From positions 140,603-204,602 of the forward strand of contig CAWEMY010000019.1 in assembly GCA_963810305.1 (NCBI GenBank): a stretch of DNA of 64,000 nucleotides, written 5' to 3'. Shown piece by piece: positions 48,761-61,990 of the stretch. The notes under the pieces were generated by a model. It had not been told where the DNA came from. It saw nothing but the letters and a program-made list of their open reading frames with translations, and made no database searches. The DNA comes from an uncultured Acidobacteriota bacterium (GTDB taxonomy: Bacteria > Acidobacteriota > Vicinamibacteria > Vicinamibacterales > 2-12-FULL-66-21). Numbering within the stretch: position 1 is the first letter of the stretch; each line of letters opens with the position of its first letter. Made by a program: the position numbers and the translations under genes.

Positions 48761-49807
48761 TTACCGGAGCGACTCCATCACTGCGTCCAGCACCTCGCGT
48801 CCGGGTCGGATCCGTTCGAGTGGCAGTGTGGACAGGGGTTCGTCCACGAGATTGAGGAGCGTCGTGAAATCGTACTTGGCCGGTTCTACGTAAAGGATGC
48901 CGGTTGCGTACTCCTCCCGGTGGGCGGTATCCCTCAGGAGCCGGAGCGCCGCCCCTTTGTCGGTGGGATCGTAGTCTTCGGCCAGCTTCTTCAGGAACAG
49001 GCGCGAGCCGTCGTGCATTTTGACTTCGGTCGTGCTGCCGGGCTCGTACTCCACGGAAATATCCTCGAAGAACGGGACGAAGTTGATGTCTCCGACCGGC
49101 TCGTCGTGATCCTTCACGTATGAATAGCTCTTCGTCGATCCTTCGTGGTCGTTGAACGTGACGCACGGGGAGATGACGTCGATCATGGAGGTACCGCGGT
49201 GACTCATCGCCGCCTTCAGAATCGAAAGGAGCTGCTTCTTGTCGCCCGAGAAAGACCGGGCGACGAAGGAGGCTCCGAGCTCGATCGCCAGCGTGCAGGT
49301 GTCGAGTGGCGGGAGGTCGTTGACGACGCCGTTCTTCAGGACGGAGCCGAGGTCCGCCGTCGGCGAAAACTGTCCCTTGGTCAGGCCGTAGCAGCCGTTG
49401 TCTTCAATGATGTAGATCAACGGGAGATTGCGCCGCATCAGGTGCACGAACTGGCCGATACCGATCGCGCCGGTATCCCCGTCGCCGCTTACACCGATGG
49501 CCAGCAGCTTGCGGTTCGCAAGGAGCGCCCCGGTGGCCACCGACGGCATTCGTCCATGGACGGAGTTCAACCCGTGGGAGCCGCCGAGGAAATAGGCGGG
49601 GCTCTTGCTCGAGCATCCGATGCCCGACAGCTTGATGACGTCCTTCGGGTTGATCCCCATCTCGAAGAACGCATCGATGATCCGCTCCGAGATCGCGTTA
49701 TGGCCGCAACCGGCGCACAGCGTCGTCTTGCCGCCGCGATACGGCTGCACCTCGAGACCGATGCGGTTGACCTTCTTACCGGGTTCAGGCGTTGATGTTG
49801 TGGACAT
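48761..49807 (-). CDS. korB: 2-oxoacid:ferredoxin oxidoreductase subunit beta
   Basis: 'CAGCGHN', 'GIGCSS' and the TPP-binding 'GDGD..AIG' motif. Confidence 0.9.
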   Translation of the reverse strand: MSTTSTPEPGKKVNRIGLEVQPYRGGKTTLCAGCGHNAISERIIDAFFEMGINPKDVIKLSGIGCSSKSPAYFLGGSHGLNSVHGRMPSVATGALLANRKLLAIGVSGDGDTGAIGIGQFVHLMRRNLPLIYIIEDNGCYGLTKGQFSPTADLGSVLKNGVVNDLPPLDTCTLAIELGASFVARSFSGDKKQLLSILKAAMSHRGTSMIDVISPCVTFNDHEGSTKSYSYVKDHDEPVGDINFVPFFEDISVEYEPGSTTEVKMHDGSRLFLKKLAEDYDPTDKGAALRLLRDTAHREEYATGILYVEPAKYDFTTLLNLVDEPLSTLPLERIRPGREVLDAVMESLR

Positions 49808-49811
49808 AGGA

Positions 49812-51659
49812 TTAAACCGCGATTGCTGCGCCTTCCTGCGCGAGGATGGCGTCGGTGATTGAGCGCGCGTCTATCGGCAACCCGTTGTAATGGCGAACGC
49901 TCCGTAACTTCGCGCTCAACGCCGGGTCGAAATCGAGGCGGAGGAGCGTCAGCATCTGCGCGTCGCGGTTCTGCTCGACGACGTAGACGCGGTCCAGCCC
50001 GGTGACGAATTCAGCGACCTGTTCGCTGAACGGATATGCGCGCAGCCGCAGGTACGCAGTGGACAGCCCGGCTTCGGTCTGCAGCTGGTCACGGCTCTCT
50101 TCAACCGCGAAATGGCTCGTCCCATACGCGATTACGCCAATGCGGGAGCCGGGAGCCGCGTCCACGATCGGCTGCGGGACATGCTGACGGGCGGTCTCGA
50201 ATTTGCGCGCGAGCCGATCCAGATTATTGACATAGTCGTCGGGACGCTCGCTGTATTGACCGCGTGCGTTGTGGCCGGAGCCCCGCGTGAACGAAGACGG
50301 CATGCCATCACCCGGAATCGTCCGGTACGGGATACCGTCACCGTCGACGTCCACGTACCGTCCCCAGTCGTTGTTGATGCGCGTGAGAGTCGCCTGGTCG
50401 AGCAGTTTGCCGCGGTCGAGCGGCTTGTCGGGGTACTGAAAAGGATCCGACATCCAGGTGTTCATGCCCAGATCCAGGTCGCTCATCACGAAAACGAGCG
50501 TCTGGAACCGCTCGCTCAGGTCGAACGCGTCCATCGACATCGAGTAGCACTCCTCGACCGTCGCCGGGAGCAGCATGATGTGCTTCGTGTCGCCGTGCGA
50601 CAACGTGGCTACCGAAAGGATGTCCCCTTGCGCGGTGCGGGTCGGCAGGCCCGTGGACGGCCCTACCCGCTGGATGTCAAAAATGACACCAGGCAGCTCG
50701 GCGTAGTACGCGAGCCCGGCGAACTCCCCCATCAGCGAAATGCCAGGGCCCGAGGTGGACGTCATCGACCGTGCGCCGGCCCAACCCGCCCCAATGACCA
50801 TGCCGATTGCGGCAATCTCGTCTTCGGCCTGGACGATCGCGAACGTCGCTTTGCCGGACGCCTTGTCCATCCGGTACTTCTTCATGTAGCCGATCAGCGT
50901 CTCGGGGAGCGACGAGGACGGCGTGATCGGATACCAGGCCACAACCGTCACGCCGGCCATCATGCAGCCCAGCGCCGCGGCGGCATTCCCTTCGATCAGG
51001 ATCTTGCCCGCCGTCTTGTTCATTCGTTCGACGGAGTACGGATCCTGCTTGACGAGGTTCTGCTCCGCGAAGTCGAACCCGCCCTTCAACGCACCGACGT
51101 TGAGCTCGACGGCCTTCAGCTTCTTGCCGAGCTGACGTTGCAGCGCGTGCTCCATCTCCCCGAGCTCGACGTTCAGCAGCTTCGACAGCACGCCGTCGTA
51201 GATCATGTTCTTGACGAGGCGGCGCAGCTTCGCGTCCTTGCAGACCTCGGCAACGATCTTGTCGAACGGCACCGGATAGAAGGTCAGATCGTCCCGCAGG
51301 GCGCTCAACTTCAGCGGCTCGTCATAGAGGACCGCCGAACCAGGCTGAAGGGAGAGGACGTCCTCTTTCGCCGTTTCCTGGTTCATCGCCACGAGAAAAT
51401 CGATCTCTTTTTTACGAGAGACGTATCCGCTCGCATTCGCTCGGATCGTGTACCAGGTCGGCAGGCCGGCAATATTCGATGGAAACAGGTTCTTGCCCGA
51501 GACCGGGATGCCCATCTGGAAGAGGGAGCGAAGCAGGACGAGGTTCGCGGTCTGGCTGCCGGACCCGTTGACGGTCGCAACCTGGATGCTGAAGTCGTTG
51601 ACGATACGCCGCGTCGAGGCTGCGGGCGTCTGCGCAGCCGCCGCGTCAGTCGGGGCCAT
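49812..51659 (-). CDS. korA: 2-oxoacid:ferredoxin oxidoreductase subunit alpha
   Basis: 615 aa. 'GNAAAALG...AWYPITPSS' and 'TSGPG.SLM.E' are typical of KorA. Confidence 0.9.
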   Translation of the reverse strand: MAPTDAAAAQTPAASTRRIVNDFSIQVATVNGSGSQTANLVLLRSLFQMGIPVSGKNLFPSNIAGLPTWYTIRANASGYVSRKKEIDFLVAMNQETAKEDVLSLQPGSAVLYDEPLKLSALRDDLTFYPVPFDKIVAEVCKDAKLRRLVKNMIYDGVLSKLLNVELGEMEHALQRQLGKKLKAVELNVGALKGGFDFAEQNLVKQDPYSVERMNKTAGKILIEGNAAAALGCMMAGVTVVAWYPITPSSSLPETLIGYMKKYRMDKASGKATFAIVQAEDEIAAIGMVIGAGWAGARSMTSTSGPGISLMGEFAGLAYYAELPGVIFDIQRVGPSTGLPTRTAQGDILSVATLSHGDTKHIMLLPATVEECYSMSMDAFDLSERFQTLVFVMSDLDLGMNTWMSDPFQYPDKPLDRGKLLDQATLTRINNDWGRYVDVDGDGIPYRTIPGDGMPSSFTRGSGHNARGQYSERPDDYVNNLDRLARKFETARQHVPQPIVDAAPGSRIGVIAYGTSHFAVEESRDQLQTEAGLSTAYLRLRAYPFSEQVAEFVTGLDRVYVVEQNRDAQMLTLLRLDFDPALSAKLRSVRHYNGLPIDARSITDAILAQEGAAIAV

Positions 51660-51715
51660 TCACAGTCCTTATTGCAAGAGAATCAGCTGAAGAAGAAGGC
51701 CGGGCTGTCTCATTC

Positions 51716-51772
51716 CGTAGTCCAGCCCTTCAGGGCTGTCTCCTACCCGTAGTCCAGCCCTTTAGGGCTGTC
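51716..51772. repeat. REP-like cluster D (2 units)
   Basis: 'cgtagtccagcccttcagggctgtctc' occurs twice. Lies between korA and sucD. Confidence 0.9.
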
Positions 51773-51799
51773 TCGAGTCGTAAACCAACCCTTAGGAAA

Positions 51800-52666
51800 T
51801 TATAGCGCGCCCTGCACCGCCGAGCCGATGTCGGCGGGGCTGCGGACGACGTGAACGCCGGCAGCGGTGAGAGCCTCCATCTTTTCGGCCGCGGTGCCAC
51901 TGCCGCCGGAGATGATCGCTCCGGCATGTCCCATCCGTCGGCCTGGCGGCGCCGTCTGCCCCGCGATGAATCCGACAACGGGCTTTTTGAAGTTGCCGCG
52001 AATCCATTCGGCGGCTTCCTGCTCCGCCGAGCCGCCGATCTCGCCGATCATCACCACCGCTTCGGTCTGCGGATCGCCGTTGAAGAGGTCGAGGGCGTCG
52101 ATGAACGACGTTCCGATCAGCGGGTCGCCTCCGATCCCGATGCAGGTCGTCTGCCCCAACCCGAGGCGCGTCAGCTGGTGGATTGCTTCGTAGGTCAGCG
52201 TGCCGCTTTTGGACACGATGCCAACGCGTCCTTCCTTGCAGATGTGGCCTGGGATGATCCCCGCTTTGGCCTGCCCTGCCGTAATCAAGCCCGGACAGTT
52301 CGGACCGATCAGCCGGGTCGTCGACTGCCGGACGATCGCCAGCGCTCGCATCATGTCCAGCACCGGGATCCCCTCGGTAATGCACACAGCCAGCGCGAGT
52401 CGGGCGTCAACGGCTTCGAGGATGGCGTCGGCCGCAAACGCCGGCGGCACGAAAATGACCGTGGCATTCGCACCAGTCTCCCTGACGGCGTCTGCGACGG
52501 TATTGAATACCGGCCAGCCCTCGTGGGTGGTCCCGCCCTTGCCTGGTGTGACGCCGCCGACCACCTGCGTCCCATACGCCTGTGACGCTTTGGCGTGGAA
52601 GGTCCCTTCGCGGCCGGTGATGCCCTGAACGATCAGACGGGTGTTCTTGTCGATGAGTACTGCCAT
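51800..52666 (-). CDS. sucD: succinate--CoA ligase subunit alpha
   Basis: '[20 protein letters not shown]' and 'GHAGAII'. The ATG at 52666 is preferred; the ORF opens at 52714. Confidence 0.95.
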   Translation of the reverse strand: MAVLIDKNTRLIVQGITGREGTFHAKASQAYGTQVVGGVTPGKGGTTHEGWPVFNTVADAVRETGANATVIFVPPAFAADAILEAVDARLALAVCITEGIPVLDMMRALAIVRQSTTRLIGPNCPGLITAGQAKAGIIPGHICKEGRVGIVSKSGTLTYEAIHQLTRLGLGQTTCIGIGGDPLIGTSFIDALDLFNGDPQTEAVVMIGEIGGSAEQEAAEWIRGNFKKPVVGFIAGQTAPPGRRMGHAGAIISGGSGTAAEKMEALTAAGVHVVRSPADIGSAVQGAL

Positions 52667-52676
52667 TAGTGTCCCG

Positions 52677-53837
<1,161 letters not shown>

Positions 53838-53959
53838 GATGTAGAGGCGCGCTTTCGCCGTGCGCGCAAGCTATTAATCATGTCTCAGGCGCGCGCGGGC
53901 AAGCAAGCGTGCTAACGGAGTAACAATTTCCTGTTCGCTCGCTGCGAACGGTCATTCTC

Positions 53960-54631
53960 ATGCGCTCCCGCTTCCTTCGCGCGCTCTCGTCCTCGGTCGG
54001 CACCAAGCTTCTGATGGGACTGACGGGCCTGGCGCTCTTTGCGTACATGGTCCTGCACCTGGCCGGCAACGCGCTGGTCCTGGCTGGTCCGGACATCTTC
54101 AACGAGTATTCGCACACCCTGATCTCGAACCCGCTCATTGTGCCGATCGAGCTGGGTCTGCTGGCGCTGTTCCTGGTCCACACCTACACGGCGATCACGA
54201 TGTGGCGGGCCAACAAGGCTGCCCGGCCCGTCGGCTATCTGAAGAAGGAGCCGGCCGGCCACACGAGCCGCAAGAGCCTGGCCTCCACGACGATGATCGC
54301 GTCAGGGCTGTTGCTGTTGGTCTTCGTGATCGTCCACGTGAAGCAGTTCAAGTTCGGCACCTGGTATCAAACGGTGGCCAGCGAGGAGATCAGAGATCTC
54401 TACCGGACAGAGATTGAAATTTTTCAACAGCCGCTCTGGGTGCTGTTCTATGTGGCCGGCACGCTGCTGGTCGGGCTGCACCTGCGGCACGGGATCGCGA
54501 GCGCCTTTCAGTCGCTCGGCATCGATCACCCGGTATACACGCGCAAACTGACCGCGATGGGTATCTTTTTCGCGATCCTCATCGCCGGCGGGCTCGCGGC
54601 CATCCCCGTCTGGATCTTCTTCACCCACTGA
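53960..54631 (+). CDS. sdhC: succinate dehydrogenase cytochrome b subunit (b558 type)
   Basis: 223-aa polytopic membrane protein directly upstream of sdhA. Confidence 0.8.
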   Translation: MRSRFLRALSSSVGTKLLMGLTGLALFAYMVLHLAGNALVLAGPDIFNEYSHTLISNPLIVPIELGLLALFLVHTYTAITMWRANKAARPVGYLKKEPAGHTSRKSLASTTMIASGLLLLVFVIVHVKQFKFGTWYQTVASEEIRDLYRTEIEIFQQPLWVLFYVAGTLLVGLHLRHGIASAFQSLGIDHPVYTRKLTAMGIFFAILIAGGLAAIPVWIFFTH

Positions 54632-54636
54632 GTGTT

Positions 54637-56550
54637 ATGACGCTGGACGCGAAAACCCCCGGCGGTCCGCTCGCGGAGAAGTGGGATCGGCACCGTTTCG
54701 AGTCGAAGCTGGTCAACCCCGCCAATCGCCGCAAATACACAGTCCTCATCGTTGGCACCGGCCTCGCCGGCGCATCCGCTGCGTCCTCGCTCGGGGAGCT
54801 TGGATACAACGTTCTCAGTTTTTGCATCCAGGACAGCCCTCGCCGCGCGCACAGCATCGCAGCGCAGGGAGGGATCAACGCGGCGAAGAACTACCAGAAC
54901 GACGGCGACAGCATTCAGCGACTGTTCTACGACACGGTCAAGGGGGGGGACTACCGCTCACGGGAGGCCAACGTTTATCGTCTGGCCCAATTGAGCGTGA
55001 ACATCATCGACCAATGTGTCGCGCAAGGTGTGCCATTCGCGCGCGAATACGGTGGATTGCTCGATAACCGGTCCTTCGGCGGCGCCCAGGTGTCGCGCAC
55101 ATTCTACGCACGCGGTCAGACCGGGCAGCAGTTGCTCCTCGGCGCCTACCAATCGATGATGCGCCAGGTAGAGCGCGGCACAGTGAAGTCCTTTGCCAAT
55201 CGCGAGATGCTCGATCTCGTCCTCGTGGACGGCAAAGCACGCGGCATCGTCGTCCGCAACCTGATCACGGGAGCGATCGAGCGGTACGCCGGTCACGCGG
55301 TGCTGCTCTGCACTGGTGGCTACGGGACTGCGTATTACCTATCCACCAACGCGGTCAACTCCAACGTCACTGCAGCGTGGCGCGCACACAAGCGTGGCGC
55401 ATTTTTTGCCAACCCCTGCTACACCCAGATCCACCCGACCTGCATCCCCGTTTCAGGCACCCATCAGTCGAAGCTGACGCTGATGAGCGAAAGCCTTCGC
55501 AACGACGGACGCGTCTGGGTGCCGAAGAAGCAGGGGGATCGGCGTCCGCCGCACCAGATTCCGGAAGCGGACCGCGACTACTACCTCGAGCGACGCTATC
55601 CGAGCTTTGGCAACCTGGTGCCGAGGGATGTGGCATCGCGGAACGCGAAGGGTGTGTGCGACGAAGGACGCGGCGTCGGCGAAAGCGGCCTCGCTGTCTA
55701 TCTGGACTTCCAGGACGCGATCAAGCGCCTCGGCGACAACGTTATCCGCGCCCGGTACGGCAACCTCTTCGACATGTACACGAAGATCACCGACGAGGAC
55801 CCGTACAAGGTGCCGATGCGGATCTACCCCGCGATCCACTACACCATGGGGGGTCTCTGGGTTGACTACAACCTGATGAGCACCATCCCCGGTCTGCACG
55901 TCCTCGGCGAGGCGAACTTCTCCGACCACGGTGCCAACCGGCTGGGAGCAAGCGCGCTCATGCAGGGTCTCGCGGACGGGTACTTCGTGATCCCTTACAC
56001 GCTGGCGCATTACCTGGGCAGCACGACCTTGCCACCCGTCGCGACCGATCACGACGCGTTCGCGGAAGCTGCCACTGCTGTGCAGAGCAGAATCGACAAG
56101 CTCCTGACTGTGAAGGGTCCGAAAACGCCGCGGCAACTGCACCGCGAGCTCGGCCAGTTGCTCTGGGACGAAGTCGGGATGGCCAGGGGCGACAGCGGTT
56201 TGCGAAAGGCACTCGACGTCATCCCGAAATTGCGTGAGGACTTCTGGCAGAACGTGTCGGTGCCCGGCCCCGCCAACAACATGAACAAGAACCTCGAATA
56301 TGCGGGGCGTGTAGCGGATTACCTCGAATTTGCGGAAGTCTTGGCGCTGGATGCGCTTCACCGCACCGAATCCTGCGGCGGCCACTTCCGGGAAGAGAGC
56401 CAGACGCCGGACGGCGAGGCCCTCCGCGACGATCAGAACTTCACGTACGTGGCCGCCTGGGAGTTCACCGGCGTCGGTCAGCCCCCGGTTCTGCACAAGG
56501 AACCGCTGACGTTCGAGTACGTGAAGCCATCCCAGCGAAGCTATAAGTAG
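54637..56550 (+). CDS. sdhA: succinate dehydrogenase/fumarate reductase flavoprotein subunit
   Basis: '[11 protein letters not shown]', 'HSIAAQGGI' (FAD-linking His) and 'HYTMGG'. Confidence 0.95.
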   Translation: MTLDAKTPGGPLAEKWDRHRFESKLVNPANRRKYTVLIVGTGLAGASAASSLGELGYNVLSFCIQDSPRRAHSIAAQGGINAAKNYQNDGDSIQRLFYDTVKGGDYRSREANVYRLAQLSVNIIDQCVAQGVPFAREYGGLLDNRSFGGAQVSRTFYARGQTGQQLLLGAYQSMMRQVERGTVKSFANREMLDLVLVDGKARGIVVRNLITGAIERYAGHAVLLCTGGYGTAYYLSTNAVNSNVTAAWRAHKRGAFFANPCYTQIHPTCIPVSGTHQSKLTLMSESLRNDGRVWVPKKQGDRRPPHQIPEADRDYYLERRYPSFGNLVPRDVASRNAKGVCDEGRGVGESGLAVYLDFQDAIKRLGDNVIRARYGNLFDMYTKITDEDPYKVPMRIYPAIHYTMGGLWVDYNLMSTIPGLHVLGEANFSDHGANRLGASALMQGLADGYFVIPYTLAHYLGSTTLPPVATDHDAFAEAATAVQSRIDKLLTVKGPKTPRQLHRELGQLLWDEVGMARGDSGLRKALDVIPKLREDFWQNVSVPGPANNMNKNLEYAGRVADYLEFAEVLALDALHRTESCGGHFREESQTPDGEALRDDQNFTYVAAWEFTGVGQPPVLHKEPLTFEYVKPSQRSYK

Positions 56551-56552
56551 CG

Positions 56553-57302
56553 ATGCGAATCCTTCTGAAAGTGTGGCGGCAGTCGAGCCCCACGGCCCGT
56601 GGCGAGTTCAGGGACTACGTGGCGGAGAGCGTCTCGCCCGACATGTCCTTCCTCGAAATGCTCGATGTCGTCAACGAGGGGCTGATCGCGAAGGGCGAGG
56701 ATCCGATTGCATTCGACTCGGATTGCCGCGAGGGGATCTGCGGGACCTGTGGATTCCTCATCAGTGGTGTCCCCCACGGTCCCGAGCCAGGCACGACGGT
56801 CTGTCAGTTGCACATGCGGCGTTTCAAGGACGCCGACCGCGTCATCCTCGAGCCGTGGCGCGCAAAGGCTTTCCCGGTCATCAAGGATCTGGTCGTCGAT
56901 CGAAGTGCATTCGACCGCATCATCCAGGCCGGCGGCTATACGTCAGTCAACGTCGGAGGCGCACAGGACGCGAACGCGATTCTCGTGCCCAGGCCGCTGG
57001 CTGAGAGCGCGATGGATTCTGCCGCTTGTATCGGCTGCGGTGCGTGCGTGGCGGCGTGCAAGAACGCTTCAGCCGCGCTTTTCACCTCGGCGAAGGTCAG
57101 CCACCTGGCGCTACTGCCGCAGGGAGAGGTCGAGCGTTCGACCCGCGTGGTCGCGATGGTCGACCGTCACGATGCCGAAGGATTCGGCAGTTGCTCGAAC
57201 GAAGGGGAATGCGAGGCTGTCTGCCCTAAGGAGATCCCGATCACCAACATCGCGCGAATGAACCGGGAGTATTTCCGCGCCATGCTGGTCAATCCTACGT
57301 AA
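56553..57302 (+). CDS. sdhB: succinate dehydrogenase iron-sulfur subunit
   Basis: 'CREGICGTC', '[11 protein letters not shown]' and '[12 protein letters not shown]' cluster ligands. Confidence 0.95.
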   Translation: MRILLKVWRQSSPTARGEFRDYVAESVSPDMSFLEMLDVVNEGLIAKGEDPIAFDSDCREGICGTCGFLISGVPHGPEPGTTVCQLHMRRFKDADRVILEPWRAKAFPVIKDLVVDRSAFDRIIQAGGYTSVNVGGAQDANAILVPRPLAESAMDSAACIGCGACVAACKNASAALFTSAKVSHLALLPQGEVERSTRVVAMVDRHDAEGFGSCSNEGECEAVCPKEIPITNIARMNREYFRAMLVNPT

Positions 57303-57327
57303 CGACGGCATCGCGTTCGCGAACGAT

Positions 57328-57355
57328 GTAGGGGCGGTTCGCGAACCGCCCCTAC
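57328..57355. repeat. 28-bp perfect palindrome (copy 2), likely bidirectional terminator
   Basis: Lies between convergent sdhB and mdh. The mdh TAG stop (57352-57354) is part of the palindrome. Confidence 0.9.
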
Positions 57356-58296
57356 ACCTTAATAATGTCGGTCAATTCCTTGACCGCCGCGGCCGACTTC
57401 TTCAATGCCGCATCTTCTTCAGCCGTCAACTTGATCTGAATGATCTGTTCGACGCCGCGGGCACCGAGTTTGATCGGGACGCCGACAAACAGGTCGTTGA
57501 TCCCGTACTCTCCCTGCAGGAACACTGAGCACGGCACGATCTTCTTCTTGTCCTTGAGGATGATCTCGACCATCTCGGCGGCAGCGGACCCTGGCGCGTA
57601 CCAGGCGCTGGTGCCGACGAGTTTGGTGATCTCCGCTCCCCCGTTGGCGGTCCGCTCGCTGATCGCGGCGATTTTTTCAGCGGTCATGCCCGGGTAATCC
57701 GGCAACGGGATCCCTGCGATCGTCGAGTAGCGTGCCAGCGGCACCATGGTGTCGCCGTGGCCACCGAGCACGAATGCGTGGATATTCTCGACCGAGACGC
57801 CGGTCTCCATCGCAATGAAAGCGCGCATGCGGGCGGAATCGAGCACGCCGGCCATGCCGATCACCCGCTCCCGCGGGAACCCGCTCAATCGATACACGGC
57901 CTGGCACATGGCATCGAGCGGATTCGCGACCGGCACGATGATTGTCTTCGGTGAATACCTGATCACCTGCTCCGTGACCGACTGCATGATCTTGTAGTTC
58001 ACGTTCAGCAGGTCGTCACGGCTCATCCCCGGCTTTCGCGGCATGCCGGACGTGATGACAACGACATCGGAGTCGGCGGTCTGCGCCCATCCTTCGTCGT
58101 TTGCGCCGTATCCGACGACACGTGAGTCGGATCCCTCGATCGGGCACGCCTCGAGCATGTCGAGCGCCACACCGGCGGCCTTCTGATCGGCGATGTCGAT
58201 GATGACGACGTCGGCCAACTCCTTGTCAGCCACCGCGCGAGCCACAGTGGCGCCGACGTTCCCGGCCCCGCCTACAACCGTTACCTTGCGATTCAT
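57352..58296 (-). CDS. mdh: malate dehydrogenase
   Basis: '[12 protein letters not shown]' and 'GGHGDTMVP' indicate an LDH-like MDH. Confidence 0.95.
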   Translation of the reverse strand: MNRKVTVVGGAGNVGATVARAVADKELADVVIIDIADQKAAGVALDMLEACPIEGSDSRVVGYGANDEGWAQTADSDVVVITSGMPRKPGMSRDDLLNVNYKIMQSVTEQVIRYSPKTIIVPVANPLDAMCQAVYRLSGFPRERVIGMAGVLDSARMRAFIAMETGVSVENIHAFVLGGHGDTMVPLARYSTIAGIPLPDYPGMTAEKIAAISERTANGGAEITKLVGTSAWYAPGSAAAEMVEIILKDKKKIVPCSVFLQGEYGINDLFVGVPIKLGARGVEQIIQIKLTAEEDAALKKSAAAVKELTDIIKV

Positions 58297-58326
58297 AGCC
58301 TCCCGGTCTCCCGTCTTCTCTGGCCG

Positions 58327-59568
<1,242 letters not shown>

Positions 59569-59619
59569 GCTGATTTAGGTCACCTCACCACGACGGCGTC
59601 GCGCGTTGTTCACAGATTG

Positions 59620-59677
59620 TGTGGAAAACCATGTGGAAATCGACCGCTCTGAGCCCATCCAGCCGCGTCATTCCACA
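59620..59677. promoter_or_regulatory. TGTGGAA(A) triple motif in the icd-serA divergent region
   Basis: TGTGGAAA at 59620-59627 and 59632-59639 (12-bp spacing). An inverted TTCCACA lies at 59671-59677. Confidence 0.3.
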
Positions 59678-59766
59678 CGTTTGAGCGAATTGCACCACGC
59701 GAGTGCAGCCTGGCCCGCCTTGCGCGCAGCGCGAAGGCGGGAACACAACATTATACTGACTCACTG

Positions 59767-61356
59767 ATGAAAATCGTCGTCGCCGACCAACTCCCCGCCT
59801 CCGCGATCGAGCTTCTGCGCAGCGTCACCGGATCGATCGTCGATGCTCGCGCGCAACGTCCGCTCGATGTTCTGAAGGCCGATCTCGCCGACGCGGACGC
59901 GCTCATCGTTCGCAGCGCCACTACGGTCGATCGCGCACTGATCGACTCGGCGCCGCGGCTTCGGGTGATCGCCCGCGCCGGTACCGGCGTCGACAACGTC
60001 GATGTCGAAGCGGCAACAGAACGCGGGATCCTCGTGATGAATGCCCCCGGCGCAAACAGCGTCAGCGTTGCCGAGCATGCCATCGCGCTGATGCTTGCGC
60101 TCTCGCGCGGCGTCGCACCTGCGGACGCGGCGATGAAACAAGGCGTGTGGGACAAGAAGAAACTCGTTGGCGCCGAGCTCCGCGGCAAGACGCTTGGCGT
60201 CGTCGGTCTTGGCCGGATCGGGCAGGAGGTCGCGGGGCGCGCGCGCGCCTTCGGCATGACGATCGTCGCCCACGATCCGTTCATCTCTGAACAGGTCGCC
60301 GCGTCGATGGGCATCACGCTGTTGAGCCTCGATGACCTTTGTGCCCGGTCGGACTACATCACGCTTCACCTGCCGGCGACGGCGGAGACGCGACATCTCT
60401 TCGGCCGCGAGCGGCTGGCTGGGTGCAAGCCGGGTGTCAGGATCGTGAACACGGCGCGCGGCGAGCTGATCGACGAGGAGGCTCTCGCCGACGCGATCGA
60501 GTCAGGGGCGGTTGCTGGCGCAGGTCTTGACGTGTTCGAAAACGAGCCACCGGGAGAATCGCGCCTCGTCAAGTTGCGCCAGGTTCTGGCAACTCCGCAC
60601 ATCGCAGCCTCGACGGTGGAGGCCCAGGAGCTGGTCGGTATCGAGACGGCCGCCGCCGTTCGGGATTACCTGGAGGCCGGAACAATCGCCAACGCCGTCA
60701 ACTTCCCGTCAGTTCGTGGTGATGACGCGGCGCAGCTGCGGCCGTTCATGACGCTGGCGCAGCGAATGGGGGATCTGATCGCGCAGATTGCGACGGGCCG
60801 GACGCATGCGCTTGGTGTGCGCTATTACGGGCCACTTCTCGGCAAGCACGGTTCCCTTCTTGCCAGCGCGGCGATCGCGGGCGCACTGAAGCCGATTCTC
60901 TCCACGTCCGTCACGGTCGTGAACGCCCGTGCGGTTGCCGAGCAACGCGGCATCGAGATCATCGAATCCCACAGTTCCCGGCCACGCGACTACGCGAATC
61001 TCCTGTCGCTGAAACTTCACACGACTGAAGGGGAACGCTGGATCGAAGGCACGGTCTTCGAGACGGGCACCGCTCGCCTGGAATTGATCGATGGGATCGA
61101 CGTCGAAGCACCCCTCGAGGGCACCATGCTCGTCATCAGCAATGAGGATCAGCCTGGCGTGATCGGCGAGGTCGGCACGATCCTTGGGCGTCACCGGATC
61201 AACATCGCCGGGTTTTCTCTCGGCCGCGGCCGCAGCGGCGCGATCGGCGTCGTCAATCTGGACACCGGGCAACCGGACGGGAACATCGAAGCGGCGGTCA
61301 GGGAACTGCGGGATGTGGCGGCGATCCGCCGCGTGTGCCTGGTGAGGCTAACGTAA
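59767..61356 (+). CDS. serA: D-3-phosphoglycerate dehydrogenase (long form with ACT domain)
   Basis: 529 aa. 'GLGRIGQEVA', 'NTARG' and a C-terminal ACT-like region. Confidence 0.95.
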   Translation: MKIVVADQLPASAIELLRSVTGSIVDARAQRPLDVLKADLADADALIVRSATTVDRALIDSAPRLRVIARAGTGVDNVDVEAATERGILVMNAPGANSVSVAEHAIALMLALSRGVAPADAAMKQGVWDKKKLVGAELRGKTLGVVGLGRIGQEVAGRARAFGMTIVAHDPFISEQVAASMGITLLSLDDLCARSDYITLHLPATAETRHLFGRERLAGCKPGVRIVNTARGELIDEEALADAIESGAVAGAGLDVFENEPPGESRLVKLRQVLATPHIAASTVEAQELVGIETAAAVRDYLEAGTIANAVNFPSVRGDDAAQLRPFMTLAQRMGDLIAQIATGRTHALGVRYYGPLLGKHGSLLASAAIAGALKPILSTSVTVVNARAVAEQRGIEIIESHSSRPRDYANLLSLKLHTTEGERWIEGTVFETGTARLELIDGIDVEAPLEGTMLVISNEDQPGVIGEVGTILGRHRINIAGFSLGRGRSGAIGVVNLDTGQPDGNIEAAVRELRDVAAIRRVCLVRLT

Positions 61357-61875
61357 GACCAGCCGCCGGATCGCGCCGCTGATGGAATGCTTCAACTCGA
61401 TGGCGTCGTGGCCAATGGCCGCGACGTCGTAGAGACCCAGGATCCGCTGTCCGACGGTAACCATGAGAAGGTCGCCGGCATCGTTCGAGATCATCGCCGT
61501 CCGAACGACGGCTTCCCCGGCCTGCTTCTCCGCTATCCCAATCAGTTCCAGCGACGGCTCGGCGGGTTCGGCGGGCAGCGGGAGAGGGACGCTCGCAGCC
61601 ACGACGCGCGCAGGACGCGCTACTGATTGAACGCGCGGCGCGAAGGCAAAAGGATTGCGCAGCGGCGCCTGCGGCGCCGGAGCAGTGTCGAGACGGTGCC
61701 GCAGCCGTTCGGCCTGCGCTTCGACGTCGGTCGCGAGATGATCGATTGGACTGGCAGCCGCCGGCGGCGACGTCCTGACCGGATGCCGCGGCCCCTGGTC
61801 GCTTGCGGCTGACGCGAGCCAGGCGCCGAGGACTGCCGCGCCAAACATCCACGCCGCCACACGCGAGGCGTTCAT
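61348..61875 (-). CDS. hypothetical membrane-anchored protein (PilP/GspC-like C-terminal beta domain?)
   Basis: ATG at 61875 gives 'MNASRVAAWMFGAAVLGAWLA' as a TM segment. The C-terminal 'LELIGIAEK..GEAVVRTAMI...VGQRILG.YDVAAIGHDAIEL' is reminiscent of PilP/GspC HR domains. The ORF opens at 62055. Confidence 0.4.
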   Translation of the reverse strand: MNASRVAAWMFGAAVLGAWLASAASDQGPRHPVRTSPPAAASPIDHLATDVEAQAERLRHRLDTAPAPQAPLRNPFAFAPRVQSVARPARVVAASVPLPLPAEPAEPSLELIGIAEKQAGEAVVRTAMISNDAGDLLMVTVGQRILGLYDVAAIGHDAIELKHSISGAIRRLVLR

Positions 61876-61990
61876 GCCCAACATCCTACTCCTGAAGACG
61901 CCGCGCGTCATCCGCCTTCGCACCTGCGGTGCTTCGGCGCGACAGGCTCCGACCCTGAAAGAGCCTGAATCGACTGTGGTAAGATTCGCC

